63,530 bases of DNA from an uncultured Clostridia bacterium (GTDB taxonomy: Bacteria; Bacillota; Limnochordia; DTU080; RSA5): the NCBI GenBank assembly GCA_964424335.1, contig CAYRIY010000001.1, forward strand, positions 60,340 through 123,869. The letters run 5' to 3'. A program made the position numbers and the translations under genes. This document shows, piece after piece, positions 44,249 to 54,229 of the stretch. The notes beneath the pieces were generated by a model. It had not been told where the DNA came from and made no database searches. It was given only the letters and a program-made list of their open reading frames with translations. Within the stretch, counting starts at the first letter, position 1; every line of letters starts with the position of its first letter.

Positions 44249-44602
44249 CTAAAGTGGTGCGCCGCACTCAGGGCAGCGATCGGACTTGATTGGCACGGCC
44301 GCGTGACAGCGATGGCAATCTTTCTTTAGGCGATTTTCACACTTGGGGCATTCCGCCAACCAATGGAGATACGCCACTCCACAGTTTGGGCACCGGTCGA
44401 GTCGCCCTTTGGGGCGGACGAACAAATACACGATGAGCCCCAATGGCACCAGGAATACATGGACAAACAGGGCGAACAAGGCGAGGCATGCCACCCATAG
44501 TGTCGGATTCGCATCCCGCGCCCTAGCGTCGCGATAGAGCCAAAACAGGATGAGCGCGACTGCAAAAGCGGTCGCGCCCATGATCACGTCGGATGGAGAC
44601 AT
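44249..44602 (-). CDS. Membrane protein with a PLD-N-like two-TM domain and a C-terminal double zinc ribbon
   Basis: LFWLYRDARARDANP...two TM segments...then CPNCG..x..CPKC..x..CHRC..x..CPECG. Confidence 0.6.
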   Translation of the reverse strand: MSPSDVIMGATAFAVALILFWLYRDARARDANPTLWVACLALFALFVHVFLVPLGLIVYLFVRPKGRLDRCPNCGVAYLHWLAECPKCENRLKKDCHRCHAAVPIKSDRCPECGAPL

Positions 44603-44635
44603 CGAGCTCCCCCTAAATGCTTGAGGCTGCCGTCT

Positions 44636-45280
44636 TTAAAACTGGTTTTCGATTTTATTCTTGATCCGGCAGAGGGCATTGTCGATCGATTTCGTATGAG
44701 TACCCAGCTTTTCCGCCATCTCTTTATATGATAACCCATTTATGTAGAGGCGAAACACCTTATATTCAAATTCGCTGAGCACTTCTTGGATGTGACGTTG
44801 GGTGTTGTAGAGTCGTTCTCGATCGATCACCAAGGCCTCGGGATCGTCGACCTTATTGTTGGTCAACACTTCCATGAGGGTGCGGTCGCCCTCGACGTCA
44901 TAAATGGGTTTGTGTAGTGATGTGTACGAATTAAGAGGGATGTGCTTTTGACGTGTGGTCCCTTTGATCGCACTGATGATGTTGCGCGTGATGCAGAGCT
45001 TGGCGAATGACCAAAAAGACGATGAACCCGGCGCGAAATCCCGCACTGCTTTGTATAGCCCGATCATTCCCTCCTGAAGCAGGTCGTCGTCTTCGGCGCC
45101 TTGAAGGAAGTAGGGTCTGGTCCAAATGTATACGAGCTTTTGATATTTGTGCAGGAGGTAATCTACGGCTTCTTCGTTTCCGGCTTGCGCGGACGCGACG
45201 ATCTCCTCGTCCGCCATGCTGGAAAAATCGACCCGCCCAGCCTGGGTGTACTCTCCAAGAGGCAGGGCTCCACCACTCAT
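44636..45280 (-). CDS. sigH: RNA polymerase sigma factor SigH (Spo0H)
   Basis: Near-identical blocks to B. subtilis SigH: QEGMIGLYKAVRDF...F..FA.LCITR.II.AIK..TRQKHIPLNSY.SL.KPI...E.DRTL..V. Confidence 0.9.
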   Translation of the reverse strand: MSGGALPLGEYTQAGRVDFSSMADEEIVASAQAGNEEAVDYLLHKYQKLVYIWTRPYFLQGAEDDDLLQEGMIGLYKAVRDFAPGSSSFWSFAKLCITRNIISAIKGTTRQKHIPLNSYTSLHKPIYDVEGDRTLMEVLTNNKVDDPEALVIDRERLYNTQRHIQEVLSEFEYKVFRLYINGLSYKEMAEKLGTHTKSIDNALCRIKNKIENQF

Positions 45281-45423
45281 CCACCACCACTCCCGTCACG
45301 TGAGCTCTGAATACTTCCAACTTCTACAATTCACCGGACTTGGAAAGTCTCCTTCCCCTGCATGGAAATGCGACCAGGTGAGCACGTATAACTTGTTACG
45401 CAACTCAAGATTGCAAATAAAAA

Positions 45424-45487
45424 AGCTCGAATCTCTAGGAACCCCAGAGTTTCGAGCTCTAAAATTGACCTTTCCCGGCCGGGAAAG
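45424..45487 (-). terminator. Tandem terminators downstream of speH
   Basis: Minus strand: CTTTCCCGGCCGGGAAAG (45470-45487), then AGCTCGAA-N19-TTCGAGCT (45424-45458) followed by TTTTTATTT. Confidence 0.65.
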
Positions 45488-45504
45488 CGACTTTATACGG
45501 CTAG

Positions 45505-45891
45505 TCAAGTCTCTCCGGACCGGCTTGCAACCGGTTCGTGTCGCAGGACGCCTCGCTTTACCTCGGTGGTCGTCGCGTTTTGCGCGCGAAAGGTTTCGAT
45601 CAAGTAGTTGCACGCTTGCCATGGGTCGACCTTGTCACCACAGGTGAACACGTCGATCGCTGCGTATCCGATCTCGGGCCATGTGTGTATCGCAAGGTGA
45701 GACTCGGAAATGACGACGACACCGCTCACGCCTTGTGGGCTGAACTGATGAAATGCAACTTCGCGAACCTCGGCGCCTGCCTCGAGTGCAGCTTGCACCA
45801 TTGTCGCTTCGACCCTTTGGCGATCATTGAGCAGATCCGAATCGCAACCAAACGCTTCACACAAAATATGCCGCCCGAGCGCAGCTTTCAA
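45505..45891 (-). CDS. speH: S-adenosylmethionine decarboxylase proenzyme (small bacterial type)
   Basis: [12 protein letters not shown]..., self-cleavage site [25 protein letters not shown] at 45891 with GGAGGGGG 10 nt upstream gives 128 aa. Longer track starts overlap the promoter. Confidence 0.9.
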   Translation of the reverse strand: MKAALGRHILCEAFGCDSDLLNDRQRVEATMVQAALEAGAEVREVAFHQFSPQGVSGVVVISESHLAIHTWPEIGYAAIDVFTCGDKVDPWQACNYLIETFRAQNATTTEVKRGVLRHEPVASRSGET

Positions 45892-45958
45892 CTTATCAAG
45901 GCCCCCTCCACGCGAGCTGGTTGGATAGCTCGTCGATTGACGGATGATAGCAACGATC

Positions 45959-45987
45959 ATTTTAGCTAGATTGATATGCAATGTCAA
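45959..45987 (-). promoter_or_regulatory. Consensus sigma-A promoter of speH
   Basis: Minus strand TTGACA-N17-TAAAAT, just after a hairpin (GGGCCCCATGCGGGGACC + T-rich) that follows the ynbB stop. Confidence 0.65.
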
Positions 45988-46023
45988 GAAAAAGTATGGT
46001 CCCCGCATGGGGCCCTGAGTGCG

Positions 46024-47274
46024 CTATCTAGGGAATAATTCCAAGTCGAAAACGAGCCGCTCCAGTGCGATTCCGATCTGCTCGCGGCTGATTCCTCCCT
46101 GCATGTATGCCGCAAAGGGATCCCGCATGGGCCCGTCGGCCGTAAGCTCGCTCGACGCCCCTTGCACGAACGTACCCGCGGCCATCACGACCGGGTCGGA
46201 GTACCCCGGAAGGGGGGCGCTCTCGAGGTAGACGTCGGAGTCGATCGGCGACGAGGACTGTACCGAACGGCAAAAAGCAAGGAGGCGCTCCGGATCGCCG
46301 AGCCTGATCGCCTGGACGGCGTCGGAGCGGGCGTCATTCCAGCGGGGCAGCGCGGCTAGGCCCGCCCGCTCAAAGATCCACGCCGCAAGCGTAAGTCCCT
46401 GAAGCGACTCGCTTACTAAGTGAGGGGACATGAAGAGTCCCTGCATTACGCTGCGAGCGATGCCAAGGGTCGGCCCGATTCTTAGTCCCAATCCGGGGGC
46501 GGTGACCCGGTCGGCGACGCGCTCGACCAGGCCTTTTGTGCCGACGATGTACCCTCCCGATGGAGCCAGGGTGCCTCCAGGGTTTTTGATCAGTGAGCCG
46601 ACCGCAAGGTCGGCGCCGACTGCCGGCGGTTCTGCTTCTTCCACAAACTCACCGTAGCAATTGTCGACGAGGATGATCGCCTGAGGCGCATGTTTTCTTC
46701 GCCAGGAAGCGATCCTTTCGATTTCGTTGATCGAAGTCGCCCGCCTCCAGGTGTAACCCTTCGAACGTTGCACGTAGATCATCCGCGTCTTAGGCGTAAC
46801 CAAGCGCTCCATGCCGTCGAAGTCGATTGAATCCTGGTCCGTGAGTGCGACTTCGTGGAACGTGACGCCCTTTGACGCGAGCGAGTGTGGAAACGCCCCG
46901 AAAATACTGGATCTCAGCGTGTCGTAGGGGGCGCCCGTGGCGGAAATGACCTCGTCCCCAGGGTCCAGTAGGCCGTCTAGGCAGATCCAAAGGGCATGGG
47001 TTCCCGACGCGACTTGCGGCCGGACAATGGCGCGCTCGGCTTGGAAGCTTAGTGCATATACCGACTCGAGCTTTTCCCTCGAGTGGTCGTCGTAGCCGTA
47101 CCCCGTGGTCCCCTGTAGGTTGTGCGCTCCCACTCTAGCGGTTTGGAACGCTTTGAGCACCCGCCGCTGCGTGACACGTTCGACTGACCGGATTCGGTCC
47201 CACAAAGGCGCGAGCGGGGATTTGGATTCGTCGAGAAGACTTTGAAACACATCGTTTGAACCCAACCCATTCAC
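46024..47274 (-). CDS. ynbB: Methionine gamma-lyase-family PLP protein (YnbB / aluminium-resistance family)
   Basis: QRRVLKAFQ...TGYGYDD.SREKLE.VYA motif block as in B. subtilis YnbB. The GTG at 47274 overlaps the trpA stop (GTGA). Confidence 0.8.
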   Translation of the reverse strand: MNGLGSNDVFQSLLDESKSPLAPLWDRIRSVERVTQRRVLKAFQTARVGAHNLQGTTGYGYDDHSREKLESVYALSFQAERAIVRPQVASGTHALWICLDGLLDPGDEVISATGAPYDTLRSSIFGAFPHSLASKGVTFHEVALTDQDSIDFDGMERLVTPKTRMIYVQRSKGYTWRRATSINEIERIASWRRKHAPQAIILVDNCYGEFVEEAEPPAVGADLAVGSLIKNPGGTLAPSGGYIVGTKGLVERVADRVTAPGLGLRIGPTLGIARSVMQGLFMSPHLVSESLQGLTLAAWIFERAGLAALPRWNDARSDAVQAIRLGDPERLLAFCRSVQSSSPIDSDVYLESAPLPGYSDPVVMAAGTFVQGASSELTADGPMRDPFAAYMQGGISREQIGIALERLVFDLELFPR

Positions 47275-48089
47275 CCTCGACCAATTGCGGCGCGCATCGT
47301 TCGAATGAGCTCGGAGCATCGCTCGACGCCTTCTTGAGGAGACGGAGCGGTCGCCAGCCGGTCGATCAACGCGCTTCCGACGATGACGCCGTCGGCGATC
47401 TGGCTCACTTCTTTTGCGTGTTCGGCGGTGGAAATCCCAAAACCGACGGCGAGCGGGACGCTCCGTCCAGCCGATTCCAGGCCCCTGCGGACGTTTTGCA
47501 TGAATGGTGCAAGCTGGTTCGAGAGGTTTTGCCGCGCACCGGTCACGCCCGTTAGCGAGACGCAGTAGATAAACCCGCGGGAACGTTTGGTCACCGTGTC
47601 GATCCGGTCCGGCGTGCTCGTTGGCGCCAAGAGGTAGATGAGGTCAAGGCCGTGATCCTCCGAGGTCTGTTCGAGGCTCTCCGCCTCTTCGGGAGGAAGG
47701 TCGGGGACGATGAGACCGTCAACCCCGCATTCCCCGGCGGCGCGCACAAACCGCTCCTCGCCCCAGCGGAAGATACAGTTGTAGTAGACCAAAAGGGCAA
47801 TCGGCACGTCGGGGTGGCGCGATCGAATTCTACCGACCGCGTCAAAGACGCCTTGGATGGTTGCGCCGTTGTTAAGAGCCCTTTGCCCTGCCGCCTGGAC
47901 GGTCGGGCCGTCCGCGAGCGGATCGGAGTACGGAATGCCGAGTTCGAGCATGTCGGCGCCGCTTTCAATGATTGCGTCCACGAGCCGCTCCGTCCACTCG
48001 AGCGTCGGATCTCCGGCCGTGGCATAGGGCATGAGCGCCGCGCGGCCCTCGCGCCTACATCGATCAAAGGTTGATTGAAAGCGACTCAT
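47271..48089 (-). CDS. trpA: Tryptophan synthase alpha chain
   Basis: [25 protein letters not shown] and GFGIS motifs. ATG at 48089 with GGAGAGGAG upstream. Confidence 0.95.
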   Translation of the reverse strand: MSRFQSTFDRCRREGRAALMPYATAGDPTLEWTERLVDAIIESGADMLELGIPYSDPLADGPTVQAAGQRALNNGATIQGVFDAVGRIRSRHPDVPIALLVYYNCIFRWGEERFVRAAGECGVDGLIVPDLPPEEAESLEQTSEDHGLDLIYLLAPTSTPDRIDTVTKRSRGFIYCVSLTGVTGARQNLSNQLAPFMQNVRRGLESAGRSVPLAVGFGISTAEHAKEVSQIADGVIVGSALIDRLATAPSPQEGVERCSELIRTMRAAIGRG

Positions 48090-49275
48090 GGTCGATCTCC
48101 TCTCCGAGAATGTCGGCAACCTGCTGCACGTCCTTGTCGCCCCGGCCCGACACGTTGATGATTACGGTCTTGTCCGGGCCGAGCTCGCGAGCGACTTTGA
48201 CTCCGTGTGCAACCGCATGAGCGCTTTCAAGCGCCGGGATGATTCCTTCCGTGCGTGAAAGCATGACGAAGCCTTGCAGGGCCTCACTGTCCGTAATCGG
48301 CGCATAGGTGGCACGGCCCGAGTCCTTGAGGTAACTGTGTTCCGGTCCTACGCCGGGATAATCGAGCCCCGCAGAGATGGAATGCGCCGGCAGAATCTGA
48401 CCGTCATCATCTTGCAAAATGTAACTCATCGATCCGTGCAACACGCCGACCGTGCCGCGGTTCAAGGAAGCTGCGTGCAGACCGTCAAGGCCTTCGCCTG
48501 CCGCCTCGACACCGATCAATTGGACCTGGGTATCCTCGACGAAGGGATGGAAGATCCCCATGGCGTTGCTTCCCCCGCCCACACAGGCGACGACCGCATC
48601 GGGGAGCCTTCCCGTCTGCTCGAGAATCTGGGCCCGAGCCTCCCGCCCGATCACAGATTGAAAGTCCCGCACCATGGTCGGGTACGGGTGCATTCCGACC
48701 ACGGATCCGATCAGGTAGTAGGTGTTTTGCACGTTGGTGACCCAGTCGCGGATGGCCTCGTTGGTCGCGTCCTTCAAGGTGCGCGTCCCCGATGAAACCG
48801 GCCGGACTTCGGCTCCGAGCAGCCTCATGCGAAAGACGTTCAGCGCTTGTCTTTTGGTGTCTTCTTCGCCCATGTACACGACGCAATCCAGGCCGTACCT
48901 CGCGCAGACGGTCGCGGTGGCGACGCCGTGCTGCCCTGCGCCGGTCTCGGCGATGATCCGCCGCTTGCCCATCTTGCGGGCAAGGAGGATTTGACCGAGG
49001 GTGTTGTTGATCTTGTGGGCCCCTGTGTGGTTTAGGTCCTCGCGCTTGAGAAAGATGCGCGCCCCGCCCACTTCTCGTGTGAGGCGTTCTGCATAGTAAA
49101 GAGGCGTCGGCCTCCCAGAGTACTCGCGAAACTGCTTGTCCAATTCATCTTGAAACGCTCGGTCCGATCTTGCCTCTTCGTACGCCGCCGTCAACTCTTC
49201 GACTGCGGGAATCAGGCTTTCCGGGACGTACCTACCGCCGAACCGCCCAAAGCGTCCCACGCTCTCCACGTTCAA
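48064..49275 (-). CDS. trpB: Tryptophan synthase beta chain
   Basis: [30 protein letters not shown]. Confidence 0.95.
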   Translation of the reverse strand: MNVESVGRFGRFGGRYVPESLIPAVEELTAAYEEARSDRAFQDELDKQFREYSGRPTPLYYAERLTREVGGARIFLKREDLNHTGAHKINNTLGQILLARKMGKRRIIAETGAGQHGVATATVCARYGLDCVVYMGEEDTKRQALNVFRMRLLGAEVRPVSSGTRTLKDATNEAIRDWVTNVQNTYYLIGSVVGMHPYPTMVRDFQSVIGREARAQILEQTGRLPDAVVACVGGGSNAMGIFHPFVEDTQVQLIGVEAAGEGLDGLHAASLNRGTVGVLHGSMSYILQDDDGQILPAHSISAGLDYPGVGPEHSYLKDSGRATYAPITDSEALQGFVMLSRTEGIIPALESAHAVAHGVKVARELGPDKTVIINVSGRGDKDVQQVADILGEEIDHESLSINL

Positions 49276-49900
49276 ATCCCCTCACTCTTGCTACAAATTC
49301 GCGCACTCGCTTCTCGTCCTTTTGGCCGGGCGACGCCTCCACGCCGCTGCTCACATCGACGGCATACGGATAACAAGACTCCAACGCATCTTCGACGTTC
49401 TCGGGGCTTAGCCCCCCGGCGAGGATCCATGGCCTTGCAAAGGAGCGCTGCTCCTCGATCGACGGCAGCAATTCCCGCTCGATCGACTTGCCGGTCCCCC
49501 CCGCAATGCCTTTGACGTAGGCATCGAAAAGGTACGCCGAAGCCGCCTCATAGCGGCTTGCGGCCTCATAAGCCGAGCGATCGCGCACGCGAAATGCCTT
49601 GATCACGCTCACCGCCTCAGCGATCTTCTCGATTTCCTCAGGCGGCCTGTCGTCGTGAACTTGAACGGCCGCAAGCCCGACGAACCTGGCGATCTGCACA
49701 ATGACATCGGCCGGCTCGTCGACAAAGACCCCTACCTTGGCAACAAAGGGCGGCAAAGCCGCCGCGATCGCACGCGCCTGCTCTTTCGTTACCTTTCTCG
49801 GACTCTTGGCGAATACGAGTCCGATCGCGTCCGCTCCGGCTTTGGCCGCGGCCGCGGCGTCCGACGTCGATGTGATCCCGCAAATCTTTACCCGGACCAC
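49232..49900 (-). CDS. trpF: Phosphoribosylanthranilate isomerase
   Basis: [10 protein letters not shown]..., LAGGL..ENV. Operon position between trpC and trpB. Confidence 0.9.
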   Translation of the reverse strand: MVRVKICGITSTSDAAAAAKAGADAIGLVFAKSPRKVTKEQARAIAAALPPFVAKVGVFVDEPADVIVQIARFVGLAAVQVHDDRPPEEIEKIAEAVSVIKAFRVRDRSAYEAASRYEAASAYLFDAYVKGIAGGTGKSIERELLPSIEEQRSFARPWILAGGLSPENVEDALESCYPYAVDVSSGVEASPGQKDEKRVREFVARVRGFERGERGTLWAVRR

Positions 49901-49901
49901 C

Positions 49902-50693
49902 TCACGCAGTCCTTCCCACGAGTTCTTGCACCTTCGCCTTCACGTTTTCCTCGCGGGCCAGCGCCTCTCCGACCAAAACAGCATGTACGCCGATCGCTTC
50001 CACCGCCTCGACGTCCTCCCAACAAGCGATTCCACTCTCGCTCACGATTGCGGGACCGGGCGGAATCTGGGGAACGAGGCGTCGGCTCACGTCGAGCGTC
50101 GTATGAAACGTCTTTAGGTCTCGGTTGTTGATGCCGATCAGGTCGGCCCCTAGATCGAGCGCGACCTTGAGCTCTTCCTCTGTGTGCACCTCAACCAGGG
50201 CATCCATCTCGAGCGCCAGGATCAGCGCGTGCAGTTCTTTCAAGAGTTCGGGCTCGAGCGCCGCCACGATGAGCAACACGGCGTCGGCGCCATGGGCCTT
50301 TGCCTCATACACTTGGTATGGATCGATGACAAACTCTTTGCGCAGCATGGCAAGGCTGGTCGAGCGGCGGACCTCGTCAAAATGGTCGAGGCCGCCTTGA
50401 AAGAAGCGCTCGTCCGTGAGGACGCTGAGAGCGGCGGCCCCGCCTTCCTCGTACCACCTTGCGAGCTGCACGGGATCGAAGTCGGCCCGGATTACACCCT
50501 TTGACGGCGATGCCTTCTTTACCTCTGCAATCAGCGCGACGCCCTGGGCTTTGAGGAGGCTGGCGCGAAATTTGCGCGGGCCGCCTAGGGCGAGCGCCCG
50601 CTCGGCCTGCTCGCGCACCGCTTCCAGCGGCAAAGCCTCTTTGGCCTGCGCCACTTCAAACCGTTTGTGATTGATGATCGTGTCCAGAATCAT
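49902..50693 (-). CDS. trpC: Indole-3-glycerol-phosphate synthase
   Basis: IAEVKKASPSKG, GINNRDL, ESGI motifs. Confidence 0.95.
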   Translation of the reverse strand: MILDTIINHKRFEVAQAKEALPLEAVREQAERALALGGPRKFRASLLKAQGVALIAEVKKASPSKGVIRADFDPVQLARWYEEGGAAALSVLTDERFFQGGLDHFDEVRRSTSLAMLRKEFVIDPYQVYEAKAHGADAVLLIVAALEPELLKELHALILALEMDALVEVHTEEELKVALDLGADLIGINNRDLKTFHTTLDVSRRLVPQIPPGPAIVSESGIACWEDVEAVEAIGVHAVLVGEALAREENVKAKVQELVGRTA

Positions 50694-51712
50694 TACGCAG
50701 CCGCACCTTGCGTGTATGAAATCAGAGCTTCCAGTTTTTTGGCCGCACTGCCGCTGTCGATCGACGCTGCGGCAAGCGCAACGCCTTCGGAAAGGTCCGC
50801 GGCCAGGCCGGATACAGCGATTGCGGCGCCGGCGTTCAAAAGCACGATGTCCCGCCGTGGCCCGTCGGCTCCGCTCAGGACGCTTCTGATCAATTCCGCG
50901 TTGTACGAGGCGTCCCCACCGCTGATGGAACTCCGGTCAGCCGCTTTTATTCCAAGGTCGCTCGGATGAACGAGATATGTGTCGACCGAGCCGTCCTTTA
51001 GGCGCGAGATTTGCGTTTCGCCGCAAAGGGAGATCTCATCGAGGCGGTCGAGGCCGTGTACGACAAGGGCCTCTCTTAGACCGAGACGGCCCAAAACTTC
51101 GGCGATCGGTTCGGTCAGGTGCCGCGCGTAAACACCTACGACTTGGGCGTTGGCCGAGGCGGGATTGGTGAGCGGTCCAAGCAAGTTGAAAATCGTCCGC
51201 ACACCAAGTTCTTTTCTAGGGCCGGCGGCATGTTTCATGCTTGCGTGAAACTGCGGCGCAAACAGGAAACCGATCCCCACCTCGTCGATGCACGCTTCGA
51301 CTTGGGACGGCGAGAGATCGATGCGAACGCCGAGCGCCTCGAGAACGTCCGCGCTGCCGCATCGACTGGAGACCGAGCGATTGCCGTGCTTGGCGATCGA
51401 AACGCCGGCGCCGGCGGCCACGAACGCAGCCGCCGTCGAGATGTTGAAGGTGTTCGCGCCGTCCCCTCCCGTGCCGCACGTGTCTACGAGGATTGGGGGC
51501 CTTGGCTTGATGCGGGCTGCATTCGCTCGCATCGCCTCGGCACAGCCCGTTATTTCGTCCACGGTCTCACCTTTGACCCGCAAACCCATGATGAAGCCGG
51601 AGATCTGAGCGGGCGTCGCCTCGCCTGCCATGATCGCCTGCATTGCGCCCCGCGCCTCGTCTTGACTTAGATTGTGGCCGTCCGCTATCTTTTGAATCGC
51701 TAGGTGAATCAT
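50693..51712 (-). CDS. trpD: Anthranilate phosphoribosyltransferase
   Basis: DTCGTGGDG, KHGNRSVSS.CGSADVLEALG. Confidence 0.95.
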   Translation of the reverse strand: MIHLAIQKIADGHNLSQDEARGAMQAIMAGEATPAQISGFIMGLRVKGETVDEITGCAEAMRANAARIKPRPPILVDTCGTGGDGANTFNISTAAAFVAAGAGVSIAKHGNRSVSSRCGSADVLEALGVRIDLSPSQVEACIDEVGIGFLFAPQFHASMKHAAGPRKELGVRTIFNLLGPLTNPASANAQVVGVYARHLTEPIAEVLGRLGLREALVVHGLDRLDEISLCGETQISRLKDGSVDTYLVHPSDLGIKAADRSSISGGDASYNAELIRSVLSGADGPRRDIVLLNAGAAIAVSGLAADLSEGVALAAASIDSGSAAKKLEALISYTQGAAA

Positions 51713-51743
51713 GAGGACTCTCCTTTCGAGCCTATAGCGTATT

Positions 51744-52322
51744 TCATGCCGCCTTTCGCATCCGCTTGACGAAGTTGCCTAGTAGCCTCATGCCTTCGCC
51801 GGTGAGGATCGATTCGGGATGAAATTGCACGCCTTCCACGTCAAACTCGCGGTGGCGCACGCCCATGATCTCGCCCTCTTTCGTTTCGGCCGTGATTTCA
51901 AGGCACGAAGGGAGACTTTCTCGTTCAATGATCAACGAGTGGTACCGAGTCGCCGTGAACGGAGACGAAATCCCTTCGTAAAGGGGGCCGCCCTTGTGAT
52001 AGACCGGGGACGTCTTTCCGTGCATCAACCGCTCGGCCCGCACGACGCGCCCGCCGAAGACCTGCCCGATGCACTGGTGGCCCAGGCACACGCCTAGGAT
52101 GGGCGTGTGCCCTGCAAAGCGCCTGATCACATCGTTCGACACACCTGCCTCTGCAGGTGTGCAGGGACCAGGCGAAATGACGATCGCATCGGGGCCCATC
52201 CGCTCGATTTCATCGCACGTAATCTGGTCGTTTCGGTAGACGGTTGGCCCATGCCCGAGCTCTCCGAAGTACTGGACCAAGTTGTACGTAAACGAGTCGT
52301 AATTGTCGATCATCAAGATCAT
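51744..52322 (-). CDS. trpG: Anthranilate synthase component II (glutamine amidotransferase)
   Basis: [21 protein letters not shown] and HPES catalytic triad motifs. Confidence 0.95.
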   Translation of the reverse strand: MILMIDNYDSFTYNLVQYFGELGHGPTVYRNDQITCDEIERMGPDAIVISPGPCTPAEAGVSNDVIRRFAGHTPILGVCLGHQCIGQVFGGRVVRAERLMHGKTSPVYHKGGPLYEGISSPFTATRYHSLIIERESLPSCLEITAETKEGEIMGVRHREFDVEGVQFHPESILTGEGMRLLGNFVKRMRKAA

Positions 52323-53842
52323 GAGATCGCCTCCTCGGCCATACTGATCGCTTTGAGCATCGCTCTTGCTTTGTTTACCGTCTCTTCGTATTCAAGCTCG
52401 GGCACCGAGTCTGCCACGATGCCGGCTCCCGCCTGGATGTAGGCCACTCCGTCCTTGATGATGACCGTTCGAATCGTGATGCACGAGTCCATGTTTCCAG
52501 AGAATCCGAAGTACCCGATCACGCCCGAATAGGGACCCCGACGTACGGGCTCGAGTTCGTCTATGATCTCCATCGCTCGGATCTTGGGCGCGCCCGACAC
52601 CGTTCCTGCTGGAAACGTTGCCTTCAGCAGGTCAAACGGGTCGCACGACGCCGCAAGTCGCCCCACGACGTTGGACACGATGTGCATGACGTGGGAGTAT
52701 CGCTCGATCACCATCAACTCACTGACGCGGACGCTGCCGTATTCGCAGACTCTTCCAAGGTCATTTCGGCCCAGGTCGACCAGCATAACGTGTTCGGCGC
52801 GCTCTTTCGCGTCCGCGAGCAGTTCCTCTGCGAGCGCTCGGTCTTCCTCGTCGGACCTGCCTCGGGGCCGAGTCCCTGCGATCGGCCTCAGTTCCGCGAC
52901 GCCGTCTTCGACGCGGACCATTACTTCGGGACTCGATCCCACGACCGCCATATCGGGAAACTGCAGACAGTACATGTAAGGCGAAGGGTTTACCGTGCGC
53001 AAGATGCGGTACAGGCCGATCGGGTCGGTGTTGACGGCCGCTTTGAAGCGTTGCGAGAGCACTACTTGAAAGATGTCGCCGGCCCGAATGTACTCTTGGC
53101 ATTTTCGCACCGCATCTTCGAACGCGCGCTTTTCAAAATTGGATTGTACGGCGATCTCGGGCAAGTCCTCCAGGGCGAGTCCGTCTAGGGCAGGAACGCT
53201 CGTGGTCTGACGCAATCTTTCGATCACGCCGGCGATGGCCCGGACCGCTCGTTCGTAAGACGCAATCGGGTCGCGTTCGTCGACGTGCGCGTTCACGACG
53301 ATCTTCAGCTTGCGCTGGGCGTGGTCAAAAATGAGCACGGTGTCGCTGATGATGAAGTACGATTCGGGAACGTCGAGTTCATCGGGGTTTTGATCTGGGA
53401 TCCTCTCGATGTGTCGGATCATGTCGTAGCTCATGTATCCGACGGCGCCGCCGTAAAACCTCGGGAGACCCTCGACCTTTGCAGGTCGATACCTGCTCAT
53501 CAAATCCCGCAGCGCGTCGATCGGGTCATCGACCTCGCGCGATTCAAAGGAGAATCCCTCCCCTGAGGGCGTCCCGATCTCCACGCGTGTGCCGCGGCTG
53601 CGAAAAACGATTGATGCGGTATTGCCTACAAACGAGTAGCGGCCGAGCTTGTCGCCGCCCTCGACGCTTTCGAGGAGGTAACGATAGGGGGCGTCGCCCA
53701 GTTTGAGCATTGCGGAGACCGGCGTCTCAACGTCGGCAATGATCTCTTTGTAGACGGGGATGAGGTTGGCTTCGCGGGCGAGTTCGACGAATCGATCACG
53801 AGAAGGGTAGATGCCGCGATACAGCGGGTCGATCGTTGACAT
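52319..53842 (-). CDS. trpE: Anthranilate synthase component I
   Basis: [16 protein letters not shown] and GAGIVADS motifs. ATG at 53842 with AAAGGAGGAG upstream. The longer track ORF runs into the leader. Confidence 0.95.
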   Translation of the reverse strand: MSTIDPLYRGIYPSRDRFVELAREANLIPVYKEIIADVETPVSAMLKLGDAPYRYLLESVEGGDKLGRYSFVGNTASIVFRSRGTRVEIGTPSGEGFSFESREVDDPIDALRDLMSRYRPAKVEGLPRFYGGAVGYMSYDMIRHIERIPDQNPDELDVPESYFIISDTVLIFDHAQRKLKIVVNAHVDERDPIASYERAVRAIAGVIERLRQTTSVPALDGLALEDLPEIAVQSNFEKRAFEDAVRKCQEYIRAGDIFQVVLSQRFKAAVNTDPIGLYRILRTVNPSPYMYCLQFPDMAVVGSSPEVMVRVEDGVAELRPIAGTRPRGRSDEEDRALAEELLADAKERAEHVMLVDLGRNDLGRVCEYGSVRVSELMVIERYSHVMHIVSNVVGRLAASCDPFDLLKATFPAGTVSGAPKIRAMEIIDELEPVRRGPYSGVIGYFGFSGNMDSCITIRTVIIKDGVAYIQAGAGIVADSVPELEYEETVNKARAMLKAISMAEEAIS

Positions 53843-53919
53843 TTTGGGAAAGCTCCTCCTTTGATGTTGCCGAAAGAAGCCTCCCAAGTAGAGCGGGCGA
53901 AAAAGGGCACGGGCCCAAT

Positions 53920-53961
53920 AAAAAAACGGACCCTCGATTTTTAAAAGCAACCGTGAGCCCG
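53920..53961 (-). terminator. Candidate trp attenuator terminator
   Basis: Minus strand CGGGCTC-N21-GGGTCCG (7 bp including two G-U pairs) followed by TTTTTTTATT, 78 nt upstream of the trpE ATG. Confidence 0.5.
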
Positions 53962-54024
53962 AATCTCTCAAATCCAAAAGGAAGAGATCGTAAAGGATGC
54001 CTGTAGCGCCAGATTGAAAAACGA

Positions 54025-54114
54025 CTCGGCGCTCGGGCCTAGGCTCAGCTCTGCTCTTCTCGGCTTTTCTCTGCTCTGCTCGGGCTGGCTACACTACAAA
54101 CTTTCGCTCGTCTC
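54025..54114 (-). promoter_or_regulatory. TRAP-type binding array: 14 (G/U)AG triplets in the trp leader
   Basis: Minus strand: GAG-ac-GAG-N10-TAG-tg-TAG-N7-GAG-ca-GAG-ca-GAG-N7-GAG-aa-GAG-ca-GAG-ct-GAG-cc-TAG-N4-GAG-N4-GAG. Confidence 0.8.
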
Positions 54115-54199
54115 AAGCTTCGTACGCAATCCGCACACGCACACGGCTTCGCTTGCAAGTTCCGAAAGCTTCGCAACAAGGGACCTTGCAGGTAGTACG

Positions 54200-54229
54200 A
54201 TTTTACTCGTCAACAATAGGTCTTGTCAA
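54200..54229 (-). promoter_or_regulatory. Candidate sigma-A promoter of the trp operon
   Basis: Minus strand TTGACA-N18-TAAAAT. The -35 overlaps the dapF stop codon. Confidence 0.5.

Noticed and set aside
53843-54225. T-box riboswitch upstream of trpE, which is expected in many Firmicutes; a tRNA-Trp gene is also in the window.
   Set aside because: No GGTGGTACCGCG-like T-box sequence, AGAGA/GNUGNA Stem I elements or UGG specifier context could be found. The (G/U)AG triplet array explains the leader better.
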